A stretch of DNA of 64,000 bases, taken from contig CAVZVA010000002.1 in the NCBI GenBank assembly GCA_963778655.1, forward strand, positions 512,001 through 576,000, in the 5' to 3' direction. Positions 1-9,799 of this stretch are shown piece after piece. A program made the translations under genes and the position numbers. Within the stretch, counting starts at the first letter, position 1, and every line of letters begins with the position of its first letter. The notes beneath the pieces were generated by a model that saw only the letters and a program-made list of their open reading frames with translations, made no database searches and was not told the DNA's origin. The DNA comes from an uncultured delta proteobacterium (lineage in GTDB: Bacteria; Myxococcota_A; Polyangia; Polyangiales; JAFGIB01).

Positions 1-1182
1 CACCGCGACGTCACGCCGCGCAACGTGATCGTCGACGCACGCGGCCACGTGCGCCTGCTCGACTTCGGGATCGCCGCGCCGCTCGCCCACACCGGGCGCG
101 GCGAGCTGTTCGGCTCTCCCGGCTACATGTCGCCGGAGCAGGCGCGCGGTGCCACGCTCGGCCCGCAGAGCGATCTGTTCTCGCTGGGCAGCGTGCTGTA
201 CGAGGCGCTGCGCGGCGAACGGCTCGCGCCCCAGGACGAAGCACCACAGAACACCGCGCCGAAGCAGGAGGCGCCGGGCGCGCCCGCGCTGCCGGAGGGC
301 GAGCTGGACGCCGAGCTCGCGCGCCTGGTCGAGCAGCTGCTCTCGCCCGACCCCGCGGCGCGCCCCGCGTCCGCGGCCGAGGTGGCAGCGCGCTTTCGCA
401 CCTGGCTGGCGCGCGAGCACCCACAGGGGGTGGCTGCCGAGCTCGGGCGGCTGGCTGAGCGCGCTCGGTCCCGCGCCGGCCTGCACAGCGAGCCTCCGCC
501 GCGAGCGGTCGCGGGCGAGCGCAGCGCCACGCCGCGGCTCACGCGCTCGATCGCGACCCGAAGGCAGTGGAGCGAGCTGCTCGAGCAGGGCACCGAGCCG
601 CTCGGCCGCGCGCGCGCCGCGCCGCGGGGGCGGCGCGCTGCGCGACGCGCGCTGCGGTTTTGGGTGTTGCCCTTGCTCGGGCTGATGGCGGCGGCGCTGC
701 TGCTGCAGCGCACGCCCGGCGTGGGGCGGCGGCTGCGTGTGCCCGCGGCCCACACCCGCGCGGCGCGTCCACGCAGCGCGGCGAAGAAAGGCGCAGCCGC
801 GCCTGCGACGTCACCTCCGACGGCGACCACGGCCACTACTGCGGCGGCGGCTGGCACCACTGCGGGCTCAGCGGCGGGCGGGGACCGGGAACGGAGTGCG
901 ACACCGGTGCTCACCGCGGCCCCGCCGGCCCAGGCCGACACGGCGACGCGTGGCCGCCTCAGCGTCAACGCGGTGCCGTGGGCGGAGCTGCGGCTGGACG
1001 GGCGCGCGCTCGGCACCACACCACAGCGTGCGCTGAGCATCGGCAGCGGGAGCCACGTGCTCCAGCTCGACTGCCCGCCGCTCGGCCGTCAGGCCCGCGT
1101 GCCCTTCGAGCTCGAGCCGGGCCAGCAACGCCGCATCGTGGTCGACCTCAACGCGGACCCGCCGAAGGTCACACTGGACTGA
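1..1182 (+). CDS. Ser/Thr protein kinase with TM segment and C-terminal PEGA-like domain (5' end outside window)
   Basis: HRDVTPRN from base 1, DFG, GSPGYMSPEQ, SDLFSLG; hydrophobic segment; C-terminal SVNAVPWAELRLDG..LGTTP. Confidence 0.9.
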   Translation, partial: HRDVTPRNVIVDARGHVRLLDFGIAAPLAHTGRGELFGSPGYMSPEQARGATLGPQSDLFSLGSVLYEALRGERLAPQDEAPQNTAPKQEAPGAPALPEGELDAELARLVEQLLSPDPAARPASAAEVAARFRTWLAREHPQGVAAELGRLAERARSRAGLHSEPPPRAVAGERSATPRLTRSIATRRQWSELLEQGTEPLGRARAAPRGRRAARRALRFWVLPLLGLMAAALLLQRTPGVGRRLRVPAAHTRAARPRSAAKKGAAAPATSPPTATTATTAAAAGTTAGSAAGGDRERSATPVLTAAPPAQADTATRGRLSVNAVPWAELRLDGRALGTTPQRALSIGSGSHVLQLDCPPLGRQARVPFELEPGQQRRIVVDLNADPPKVTLD

Positions 1183-1198
1183 CGGGAGCCACGCGCGG

Positions 1199-1771
1199 TC
1201 ACGGCTTGGGCGCGAACTGGAACGGCACCTGCACCACTGCGCAGCTCCCGCCGCTGGGTGTGGGAAAGGTCCAGGTCGTGGCGAGATTGCGCACGCAGGC
1301 GAACACGGTGTCGTCGTGCAGCGAGCCCCCGACCGCGGTGGCCACCACCTTGCCGTTGGCGCCGACCTTGATCCGCAGGACCATGTCGCCCTGCAGCACG
1401 TTGTTGACCTTCAAGCGCCGCTCGTAGCAGCTGCGGATCTGGGCGCGGTTGTCGTTGATGACCTTGATCGCGTTGGGCAGGTCACCCGAGCATTCCCACT
1501 CGCCGGTCTTGTGCACGTAGACGATCTTCTTGGGCGGCGGTGGGGGCGGAGCGCCAGCGTCGGGTGGCTCGGGCTCGAGCTCGAGCTGGGGCTGTGCCAT
1601 GGGATTGACCCGCTGCACGTGCGGCGGGGGTGGCGGCGGCGGGGGCGGCGGCGGCGCCATCTGGCGGCTCGCCACCACCCAGAGCACGGCCGCGCCTCCC
1701 AGAAACGCCAACCCGATCAGCAAATACTTGAGGTTGCTTTTCGGAGCCTGCGGTGGGGTCGTCGTCGGCAC
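1199..1771 (-). CDS. Small membrane protein with AgmX/PglI (GltJ-like, TonB-C-like) C-terminal domain
   Basis: TM helix, poly-Pro linker, IRSCYERRLK..LQG....W.FP.P..V.VPF.F; GTG start chosen after GGA. Confidence 0.75.
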   Translation of the reverse strand: MPTTTPPQAPKSNLKYLLIGLAFLGGAAVLWVVASRQMAPPPPPPPPPPPHVQRVNPMAQPQLELEPEPPDAGAPPPPPPKKIVYVHKTGEWECSGDLPNAIKVINDNRAQIRSCYERRLKVNNVLQGDMVLRIKVGANGKVVATAVGGSLHDDTVFACVRNLATTWTFPTPSGGSCAVVQVPFQFAPKP

Positions 1772-1877
1772 GTTCCATCCCCTGGGAAGCCATGGCGCCG
1801 CGAGCCCGCTCGCGACCCGCGCGAGCATAGCGGGACCTGCAGGCAACGCAAAGAAGCCGATTCACGTGCGGACCGCG

Positions 1878-3110
1878 TCACTGCCCGACCCCGCCGGGCG
1901 TGATCACCACCCTCAAGCGCTGCTGGGGCGGCGGCTCTGCCGCGAGCGCCACGCCGGTCGCCGCCGCGGCGACAGCGGCGATTCCCCCCCACACGTACCA
2001 CCTTTGCCACCACGCCGGCGCTACGCGGGGCCGCTCCCGATCCCCGTTGCGGGCCTCCAGCCAGGCGCGGTCGGCCTCCAGGCGCGGCTGATCCGGCGCC
2101 CACGCCGGCATCTCCGCGAGGGGCTCGCTGCCCAAAAGTCGCCTTGGCCCGCGGCAGCCGTGCGCGTCGCAGCGCACCAGCAGCGCGCGCTCGCCGCGCG
2201 ACGAGCTTTCCAAGACCAGCACGGCGGCCGGGCCGGCGCCGGCGTGTTGCAGCGCGCGCAGGGCCCGACTGACGCGCGGATAGTCTCCGCGCGCGGCGGC
2301 CGCGCGCAGGGCCGCGGCCGCTTCGGAAGCGGCGTCGGGCCACAGCACCACCTGAAGCGGCGGCCGCGCCCCTTCGAGCACGTCGATCATGGCGCCGTAG
2401 GGGCGAAATCCCGGCGCCTCCACGCGCAGCACGTGACGGCCAACCGACAACCGCGCGCGCACCGGCGAAGGCCCGCGCGCGCTGTCGTCGAGGTACACCT
2501 GGGCACCTGCGGGGCGCACGCTCACCTGCAGCTCGCCCAGCGGCGCCAGGGCGACCTCGCGCGCGACGCGTGCGTACAGCGCGACCACGTCGGGCGCGGC
2601 TTCGGCTTCCAGCAGACCGCGCGCCGGATCGAGCGTGGCCGCGCGCCGAAACGCGCCCTCCGCGAGCTCGAACAAACCTGCCTGGGCGGCCGTCACGCCC
2701 AGGCTGAGCTGCACCTCGGCGTTCCAGGCGCCGGCGCCCGGCACGTCCGCGATGCGTTCGGCAAGCGTCGTGGCGCGCGCGAGCGTGGCCAGCGCCTGGT
2801 CGTCGGCCAGCGCCGCGGCCTGCGCCCGGGCACGCGCCAGCAACGCCTCGATCTCGCGCAGCGGGCGCAGGCGCGCCGGGTCGATCGCCACGCCCGATCC
2901 AGCGGGCTCGGGCGCGAGCGCGGCGGAGAGCGGCCCCCAGCGCTGCGCGAGCCGCTGCCGCCAGCGCGCGGCGTCGCGCGGCGCAGGCGCCTTGAACAGC
3001 AGCGCGCCGGGGGGACCCTCGGCCTGCGCCTGCGCCCAGGGGCCCCCGAGCAGCGCCGCGAGCGCCACGGCCACGCGCCAAGGGCTGCTTGCCGTGCAAT
3101 GCGGGCTCAT
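1878..3110 (-). CDS. PEGA domain-containing exported/membrane protein
   Basis: Signal peptide, TPR-like helices, VRPAGAQVYLDD...GRHVLRVEAPGF, C-terminal WWQRWYVWGG plus TM. Confidence 0.75.
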   Translation of the reverse strand: MSPHCTASSPWRVAVALAALLGGPWAQAQAEGPPGALLFKAPAPRDAARWRQRLAQRWGPLSAALAPEPAGSGVAIDPARLRPLREIEALLARARAQAAALADDQALATLARATTLAERIADVPGAGAWNAEVQLSLGVTAAQAGLFELAEGAFRRAATLDPARGLLEAEAAPDVVALYARVAREVALAPLGELQVSVRPAGAQVYLDDSARGPSPVRARLSVGRHVLRVEAPGFRPYGAMIDVLEGARPPLQVVLWPDAASEAAAALRAAAARGDYPRVSRALRALQHAGAGPAAVLVLESSSRGERALLVRCDAHGCRGPRRLLGSEPLAEMPAWAPDQPRLEADRAWLEARNGDRERPRVAPAWWQRWYVWGGIAAVAAAATGVALAAEPPPQQRLRVVITPGGVGQ

Positions 3111-3153
3111 CTATGGTACCGCGCCGTTTGTCGGCATCGCCTCGGAGTCGCGC

Positions 3154-4785
3154 GTGCTCGAGCAGATTGTACAGAAATTCCGCGGAGTGATTCTGCTGTT
3201 CGTGGTCTTCACGCTCAGCGCCGTGTTCATGCTGCAGTTCGGCGGGCCCCAGGCCAAGGGTTGCAGCTCCGGCGGCGCGGTACCGGCCGCGCGCGTGTAC
3301 GGCCACAGCATCAGCCGCAACGAGCTGCAGTCGGCCTACTTGCTCGCAGGCGGCGAGAACTACCCCGACGAGATGGCCAAGCAGTACAAGCTGCAGAGCA
3401 TGGTGCTGTACGGGCTGATCGAGCGCGATCTGCTGGCGCGCGAGGCTCGCAAGCTGGGCTTCACCGCGAGTGAGGACCAGGTGCTGCAGAAGATCGCCGA
3501 CGATGGGCTGATCTACCTGTCGATGTCGGTGGACGCCGGTCCCTACCTGCCGCCGTCCGGGCCGCAGCACTTCAGCTTCGAGGACAGCAAGGGCAAGTTC
3601 AGCAAGGAGAACCTGCGCAACTTCGTGCAATACCGGCTACGGCGCAGCATCCGCGAGTTCACCCGCGAGCAGATGGAAGAGGCACTGGCCCAGCACATGC
3701 GCGACCTGGTCGGCGCGGCGGTCACCGTGGGCCCGGGCGAGCTGTGGGACGCCTACGTGCGCGAAAAGGAGAGCGCCAAGCTCAAGTACGTGCGCTTCTC
3801 CAGCGTGTACTACGCGCAGGCGTTGCAGCCGACCGAACAGGACATCACCGCGTTCATGGCAGCGCACAAGAAGGAAGTCGACGACGAATACGAGCGGCAG
3901 AAGCACCGCTACACCGGGCTCGAAAAGCAGGTGCGCTCGCGTCACATCCTGATCAAGGTCCCCGAAGACGCCAGCGCCGACGTCAAGGCGGCGGCGCGCA
4001 AGAAGATCGAGGGCCTGCTCGCGCGCGCGCGCAAGGGCGAGGATTTTGCGGCGCTGGCGCGCCAGTACAGCGAGGACGAGGGCAGCGCCAAGAAAGGCGG
4101 CGACCTCGGCTACAACCCGCGCGGGCGCATGGTCAAGCCCTTCGACGATGCGCAGTTCGCGCTCAAGCCGGGGCAGATCTCCGACGTGGTCGAGTCGACC
4201 TTCGGCTTCCACATCATCAAGGTGGAAGGCATCCGCGAGGGCGACGTGCCGGTGGACGAGGCCAAGCGCGAGCTGGCCGAAAAGCTCTATCGCGACAGCC
4301 GCGCGCAGGAGCAGGCCAAACAGGCCGCCGCCGAGCTGCTGCAGAAGGTGAAGGCCGGCGCCACGCTCGAGGACGCGACCGCCGCCCTCGAGCCCTCGAG
4401 CAGCGACGCGCTGGCGCCGCAGGTGCGCGAGACGCGGCCGTTCGGCCGCACGGACGCGGCGATCGCGGGGCCGTTCGACTCGAGCCCGTTGGTCAAGGCC
4501 GCCTACGCGCTGAGCGAGGACAAGCCCCTGCCCGACACGCCGATGAAGCTGGGCGACGACTGGTTCGTGTACCGGCTCGAGAGCAAGACGCTGGCCGATC
4601 GCGCGGCCTTCACCGACGAAGAGCAGGCGCGGATCGAGAGCGCGCTGCTGCGCCACCGCCGCAGCGAGGTGCTCAAGGCGTACGTCCATGGCCTGCGCGA
4701 CAAGGCGATGGCGAGCAGCGACATCTCGGTCAACGAGGCACTGCTCAGCGGCAGCACGCCCGCGGCGCCCGAGCCCGAGAGCTGA
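3154..4785 (+). CDS. PpiD/SurA-like parvulin peptidyl-prolyl isomerase
   Basis: N-terminal TM and SurA_N region; VRSRHILIK, FAALARQYSED.GS..KGGDLG, MVKPF, GFHIIKV; GTG start after GGAG. Confidence 0.9.
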   Translation: MLEQIVQKFRGVILLFVVFTLSAVFMLQFGGPQAKGCSSGGAVPAARVYGHSISRNELQSAYLLAGGENYPDEMAKQYKLQSMVLYGLIERDLLAREARKLGFTASEDQVLQKIADDGLIYLSMSVDAGPYLPPSGPQHFSFEDSKGKFSKENLRNFVQYRLRRSIREFTREQMEEALAQHMRDLVGAAVTVGPGELWDAYVREKESAKLKYVRFSSVYYAQALQPTEQDITAFMAAHKKEVDDEYERQKHRYTGLEKQVRSRHILIKVPEDASADVKAAARKKIEGLLARARKGEDFAALARQYSEDEGSAKKGGDLGYNPRGRMVKPFDDAQFALKPGQISDVVESTFGFHIIKVEGIREGDVPVDEAKRELAEKLYRDSRAQEQAKQAAAELLQKVKAGATLEDATAALEPSSSDALAPQVRETRPFGRTDAAIAGPFDSSPLVKAAYALSEDKPLPDTPMKLGDDWFVYRLESKTLADRAAFTDEEQARIESALLRHRRSEVLKAYVHGLRDKAMASSDISVNEALLSGSTPAAPEPES

Positions 4786-4806
4786 TCGCCGCCCTCGGGC
4801 CAAGAG

Positions 4807-5433
4807 TCACAGGAAGAACGACGCGCCCAGGTTGAGCGAGGGCGTGCCCAGGCGCAGCGTCAGCGCGAAGCTCTTGGACAGGTGAAAGCGCACGCCGAGC
4901 CACAGCACGATGTCGACGCCGGTGTCGCTGCCGTTGTAACGGCACAGGTTGCCGTTCGCGCACACCGCGTTGACGTCCCAGGCCCAGTGGTGGATGCCCA
5001 GCCCGAGCTCGGGAAACGCGCTGATCAGCTTGCTGAAGAAGAAGTTCCACTGCATCGCGATCGGCAGCCAGAAGTCGTTGGCGCTGCAATCCCCGCGCGG
5101 CAGTCCGGGCCGGACCTGCCCGTTGAAGCCGTAGTAGTACAGGCAGCTGTTGCCGAAATGGGCCCAGTCCAGGCCCAGGGTAACCGCGAGCGAGTTGTCG
5201 ATCGTGGTCACCGGGCCGTCCTGCATCACCGGAATCGACGCGCGCAGCCCCACCCCGAAGCCGTCGTTGGTCGCGACCGGCTGGTCGGCCCACTGCACCA
5301 CCAGGTGCGGCTCGAGCTCGACGTTGTAGTGCTCGTGGCCGCCTGGGTGATCGATCTGCGCCCGCGCGCCAGAGGCGCCGAGCCAGGTCAGGCTCGAGAT
5401 CAGGAACGCCCCGAGAACGCGCGATGCCGTCAT
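4807..5433 (-). CDS. Hypothetical outer-membrane beta-barrel-like protein
   Basis: Signal peptide, alternating beta-strands, aromatic C-terminus LGASFFL. Confidence 0.55.
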   Translation of the reverse strand: MTASRVLGAFLISSLTWLGASGARAQIDHPGGHEHYNVELEPHLVVQWADQPVATNDGFGVGLRASIPVMQDGPVTTIDNSLAVTLGLDWAHFGNSCLYYYGFNGQVRPGLPRGDCSANDFWLPIAMQWNFFFSKLISAFPELGLGIHHWAWDVNAVCANGNLCRYNGSDTGVDIVLWLGVRFHLSKSFALTLRLGTPSLNLGASFFL

Positions 5434-5611
5434 CGTCGACTTGTCTCCTTTCGGTCCGCGAGCGCCTTCCCTGGCGACCCCGAGCCGGGCAGCCGGCGGC
5501 GTCTCCAGGTGGGAGTCTATCTACTGTCGCGCGAGCCGGGGAATTCGTTGTAGAGATCAGCTACTTTCGAGGCGTTGGGAGCGGCGGCCGGCTCACACGC
5601 AGCACGCGCGC

Positions 5612-6988
5612 TCAGCCCCCAAAGATGTGGGAAAGCACCAACGACTTGAACGCGGTGGCCTCGATCGCGCCTTCGGGCAGCAGCCCGGGCTCGCTGCTGA
5701 TGCACAGCGGGCCCTGCTCGGCGCGGTCGGTGAGGCGGCCGTGGCTGCCGCGCACCAGGCTCGCGTCGAGCGGGATCACGTCCATCAGCATGCGAAACCC
5801 GAGCGCCTTGCGCAGCAGCTTGAGCCCCACGCGCACGCGCGGAAACGACAGCGCCGGGTCGAGGAACAGCTCGACCGGATCGTAGCCAGGCTTGCGGTGG
5901 ATCTCGACCGTGCGCGCGAAATCGGGCGCACGGGCGTCGTCGAGCCAGTAGTAGTAGCTGAACCAGCGATCGGCCGCGCTCAGCGCGCACAGCTCACCTG
6001 CGCGGGGATGGTCGAGCCCATGGCTGCGCTTGCCCTCCTCGCCCCAGACCTGCTCCACGCCGTCGAGCGCCTCGAGCAGGCCGCGCACCTCCGCGACGCG
6101 CGCAGGGTTCCGCACGTAGACGTGCGCGAGCTGGTGGTCCGCCACCGCGAACGCCTCGCTCGCGCCTGGGTCGAGCAGCTCGAGCCCGCGCTCTTCCCGC
6201 ACCCGCAGCAAGCCGGCCCGGCGCAGGGCGCGGTTGACGTGCACTGGCCCCCGCACCTCGGTGATGCCGTACTCCGAGCACACGATCACCCGCGCGCCAT
6301 CGCGGCGCACGTGTGCGATCAGCTCGCCCGCCACCGCGTCGATCTCGCGCAGGTGCGCCGGGATCTCGGGATGCGCCGGGCCCAGTTTCTGTAGCCCGTA
6401 GTCGAGGTGCGGCAGGTAGACCAGCGTCAATGTGGGGCGCTTCTCGTCGTAGACCTGACGCGCGCAGTCCGCGATCCAGCGGCTGCTCTCGAGGTTCGCG
6501 TTCGGCCCCCAGAAGCTGAACAGCGGGAACTGCCCCAGGCGCTGCTGCAGCGCGTCGCGCAGCTCGGGCGGCTCGGCGTAGATGTCGGGCAGCTTGCGCC
6601 CGTCCGCCAGGTACATCGGCCGCGGCGTGACCGCGAAGTCCGCGCTCGAGTACATGTTGTACCACCAGAACAGCTTGGCGCAGGTGAAGCTCGGGTCGCG
6701 GCGCCGCGCCGCCTCCCAGATCTTCTCGCCCGCGACCAGGCGGTTGGACTGCCGCCACAGCCACACCTCGGACAGCTCGCGGAAGTACCAGCCGTTTCCG
6801 ACGATACCGTGCTCGCGCGGCAGCGTGCCGGTGGTGAAGGTCGCCTGCGCGCTGCAGGTGACCGCCGGTGTGACCGTGCCGAGCGGCCGAACCCCGCCCT
6901 GCTGCGCCAGCTCGCGCAGGTGCGGGGTGTGCTCGCCGAGCAGCTCGGGCGTGAGCCCGACGACGTTCAGGACTAGCGTGCGGTGCAT
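5612..6988 (-). CDS. eboF: Alkaline phosphatase/nucleotide pyrophosphatase family, EboF-like
   Basis: LNVVGLT, PAVTCSAQAT, HGIVGNGWY, YLPHLDY, IHRKPGYDP, GSHG; adjacent to eboA/eboB homologs. Confidence 0.8.
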   Translation of the reverse strand: MHRTLVLNVVGLTPELLGEHTPHLRELAQQGGVRPLGTVTPAVTCSAQATFTTGTLPREHGIVGNGWYFRELSEVWLWRQSNRLVAGEKIWEAARRRDPSFTCAKLFWWYNMYSSADFAVTPRPMYLADGRKLPDIYAEPPELRDALQQRLGQFPLFSFWGPNANLESSRWIADCARQVYDEKRPTLTLVYLPHLDYGLQKLGPAHPEIPAHLREIDAVAGELIAHVRRDGARVIVCSEYGITEVRGPVHVNRALRRAGLLRVREERGLELLDPGASEAFAVADHQLAHVYVRNPARVAEVRGLLEALDGVEQVWGEEGKRSHGLDHPRAGELCALSAADRWFSYYYWLDDARAPDFARTVEIHRKPGYDPVELFLDPALSFPRVRVGLKLLRKALGFRMLMDVIPLDASLVRGSHGRLTDRAEQGPLCISSEPGLLPEGAIEATAFKSLVLSHIFGG

Positions 6989-6999
6989 GCCGGCTCGCC

Positions 7000-7884
7000 T
7001 CAGCGGCCCACGACTGGAGTCTGCCCGCGCAGCACCGAATTGCCCTCGAACAGCTCGCGCTGATCGACCGGCGGCGCCTCGCCCTGCTCGCCCAGCTCGA
7101 GCCGCCCGCTCTGGCCGAAGAACGCGATCGGGTTGCGCCACACAATCTGCTCGATCGCGCTCTCGGCGATGCCCTCACGCCGCATCACCTCGGCGGTCTT
7201 GGGCACCTTGAGCGGATCGGAGACGCCCCAGTCGGCGGCGCTGTTGATCACGATGCGCTCGGGGCCGTAGCGCTTGACCAGGGCTGCCATGCGCGCCTCG
7301 TCCATTTTGGTGTGCGGGTAGATGGAGTGGCCCGCGTAGCACTCGGTCGCCAGCACCAGCGGCAGCGTCTCCTCGTTGTTGTGGTCGATCAGCACCTTGC
7401 TCTCGGGGAAGCGTGCCTCGCGGATCAGCGCGATCGTGCGCTCGGTGCCGCGCTTCTTGTCGCGGTGCGGCGTGTGTACCAGCACAGGCAGCTCGTGCTC
7501 TTTTGCGAGCTCGAGCTGGGCGAAGAACGCCCGCTCCTCGGCCGGCGTCATGTCGTCGAAGCCGATCTCCCCCACGGCTACCACGCCGTCCTTCTCGAGG
7601 TAGCGCGGCAGCAGCTCGAGCACACCCTGCGCGAGGTCGGGATTGTTGGCCTCCTTGGGGTTGAGCGCCATGGTGCAGAAGTGGCGGATGCCGAACTGGC
7701 TGGCGCGAAAGCGTTCCCAGCCGGTCAGCGAGAGGAAGTAGTCCTCGAACGAGCCGACGTGGGTGCGCGGTTGGCCCAGCCAGAACGCCGGCTCGATCAC
7801 GGCAACGATGCCGGCGCGCGCCATCGCCTCGTAATCGTCGGTGGTGCGCGAGGTCATGTGGATGTGGGGGTCGAACATCTTCAT
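7000..7884 (-). CDS. eboB: TatD-family hydrolase, EboB-like
   Basis: FDPHIHMTSRTTDDYEAM, GEIG, HTPHRDK, NSAADWGVSDPL. Confidence 0.85.
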   Translation of the reverse strand: MKMFDPHIHMTSRTTDDYEAMARAGIVAVIEPAFWLGQPRTHVGSFEDYFLSLTGWERFRASQFGIRHFCTMALNPKEANNPDLAQGVLELLPRYLEKDGVVAVGEIGFDDMTPAEERAFFAQLELAKEHELPVLVHTPHRDKKRGTERTIALIREARFPESKVLIDHNNEETLPLVLATECYAGHSIYPHTKMDEARMAALVKRYGPERIVINSAADWGVSDPLKVPKTAEVMRREGIAESAIEQIVWRNPIAFFGQSGRLELGEQGEAPPVDQRELFEGNSVLRGQTPVVGR

Positions 7885-8582
7885 AAACGTTCCTCGGTGG
7901 CGCTGATCAGGGCCAGGTCGGCCGGCACGCTGCGCCCGGCGGCGCGACGCTCGGCCTCGTAGTCGGCCGCGACGCGCCGCAGCTCGGGGTCGCAGCGGCT
8001 GCGCCAGCCGAGCACGCGCTCGAGCGCGAGCTCGAGGAAGATCGCCTTGATCACGAGCTGGTTGAAGTTGAGCTGGGGAAAATGTGCGGCGGGAAAGGGG
8101 TTCTCGCACGCGATCGCGGCGAACACCTCGAGCACGTGCGTGCGGCAGGCTTCGACCGCGAGCGCCGTGAAGCGCTCGGGTCGAGGCAGAAGCGGCAGAG
8201 TACGCAGCAGCGCGACGCGCTCGGCGTTGTCGCCCTTGCGAAAGGCTTCGGTCGCGATCGCGAGGTGGTCGTCTGCCGCAGCCACGTCGATCGCCCGCAG
8301 CAGCAGCGCGGCGCGTGCCCAGTCCGCGAGCGAGAAGGCCTCGGGCACGGCGACCCCGAGCGCCGAGAGGCGCGCGCGTTCGTCCGCGCCGAACGCGCCC
8401 GCGGCGCCCGTGAAGCGGCGGCCCACACCGGCGTAGGCGCCGAAAAAGCGACCTCGTGCCAGCGGCGCGTCCGGCGCCGGCAGCGCGTCCGAGAGCCAGC
8501 GCCAGGCCGGCGGCTGCGCGCGCGGCTCCACCACCGCGAGCAGCTCGGCCGCGCATGACGTCGCTGAGCCCGGCGTATCCAT
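7881..8582 (-). CDS. eboA: EboA domain protein
   Basis: GDNAERVALLR, ACRT..VFAAIACENPFP, FNQLVIKAIF, YEAERRAAGRSVP; 4-bp overlap with eboB. Confidence 0.8.
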   Translation of the reverse strand: MDTPGSATSCAAELLAVVEPRAQPPAWRWLSDALPAPDAPLARGRFFGAYAGVGRRFTGAAGAFGADERARLSALGVAVPEAFSLADWARAALLLRAIDVAAADDHLAIATEAFRKGDNAERVALLRTLPLLPRPERFTALAVEACRTHVLEVFAAIACENPFPAAHFPQLNFNQLVIKAIFLELALERVLGWRSRCDPELRRVAADYEAERRAAGRSVPADLALISATEERL

Positions 8583-8628
8583 GCTGGCTTTCCTAGCACG
8601 GATCGGTTCGGGAGCGCCTGGGCGGGCA

Positions 8629-8708
8629 TTCAACCGGCAGGCGGGATGGCGGAGAGACGAGGGATCCCTCCGAACTGCCCGTCTTCCCGCCTTCCTGTGG
8701 ATCCTCTC
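8629..8708 (+). repeat. REP-like intergenic palindrome, family A copy
   Basis: CAACCGGCAGGCGGGATGGCGGAGAG...CTTCCCGCCTTCCTGTGGATC, similar to 15029-15095. Confidence 0.7.
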
Positions 8709-8733
8709 GATGCGCGCGCGCGTGGCGCAGCGA

Positions 8734-9576
8734 CTACAGCTTCCAGGTCGGCTGCGCCGGGCGTGGGGCGGGCCGGCCGAGCGCGTAGCCCTGGGCGTAG
8801 TGGCAGCCGCAGTCGCGCGCGGCGCGCACCTCGTCCCAGTTCTCGAGCCCCTCGGCCACCACGCGCGCGCCGAGGTCCACGCACATGCGCACCACCGCTT
8901 GAACCAGCAGGCGCTGGCGCTTGTGCTGGTCGAGGTTCGTCACCAGATGGCGGTCGAGCTTGACGATCGCCGGCTCCAGATCGGCAATGCGCTTGAGGTT
9001 GGAGTAACCGGCGCCGAGGTCGTCGACCACCACGTGCACGCCGCCGCGCTCTCGCATCTCGCGCAGCATGGTCGCGCACAGATCGTAGTGGGAAAACGGC
9101 ACGGACTCGGTGACCTCGACGTAGACGTCATCGTCGTGGGCGTACATCGGGTCGTCCAGCTGGATCACGAAGCGGTCGCCCAGCTCGGCCGGGTGCACGT
9201 TCAGGAACAGCGGCACGCCACGGCAGCCCTTGGACCCGATCGCGCGCAGCGTGCGCCCGAGCAGGCCGCAGAAGCGCTCGGCGGCGGCGCGCTTGAACAG
9301 GATTTCCGGATTGGTCAGGCCCGGCACCTGGCAGCGGGCGAGCACCTCGTAGGCAAACGGCTTGCCGTCGCGCAGATCGACGATCGGTTGATAGACGCAG
9401 CTGAGCTCGGCCACCGGCACGCAGCCGACCATGGCCGCGGAGCCCTCGACCTCCTCCAGCTCGGCCGCCCACTCGGTCACCACCGCTGGAGCCTCCGATG
9501 GGCTTCCCCGGACCGAAAAGCCGCTGGTCCGTGGAGACCACACGCCCTCGACCGGGAAATTGGGTTTTGACTTCAT
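8734..9576 (-). CDS. Stand-alone EAL domain protein (c-di-GMP phosphodiesterase family); start uncertain
   Basis: YQPIVDL, YEVLAR, DDLGAGYSNL, KLD, AEGLE, QGY. Confidence 0.85.
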   Translation of the reverse strand: MKSKPNFPVEGVWSPRTSGFSVRGSPSEAPAVVTEWAAELEEVEGSAAMVGCVPVAELSCVYQPIVDLRDGKPFAYEVLARCQVPGLTNPEILFKRAAAERFCGLLGRTLRAIGSKGCRGVPLFLNVHPAELGDRFVIQLDDPMYAHDDDVYVEVTESVPFSHYDLCATMLREMRERGGVHVVVDDLGAGYSNLKRIADLEPAIVKLDRHLVTNLDQHKRQRLLVQAVVRMCVDLGARVVAEGLENWDEVRAARDCGCHYAQGYALGRPAPRPAQPTWKL

Positions 9577-9799
9577 CGGAATCTAACAGTGCGATTTGAA
9601 ATATAGCCTCAGCCGCCCACCGAGTAAATGCATGCCCCCTGTAGTTCTGGGTACCAGCCCGGCGGCGGCGCTCGCTATGCGCCCGATCACAACCCGTAAC
9701 TAGTTGGGATAAAAGCGAGAATTCGGGTCACCTCCAGAGGCGCAAAGTCGCCAGCCGCTCTGAGAAATTGTGATTGATCGACCAATTTTCACGATTCTT

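Noticed and set aside
9577..9799. AT-rich intergenic stretch with AAATTG-N12-CAATTT
   Set aside because: Probably the EAL gene promoter region; does not fit CRP or FNR consensus and shows no convincing RNA structure
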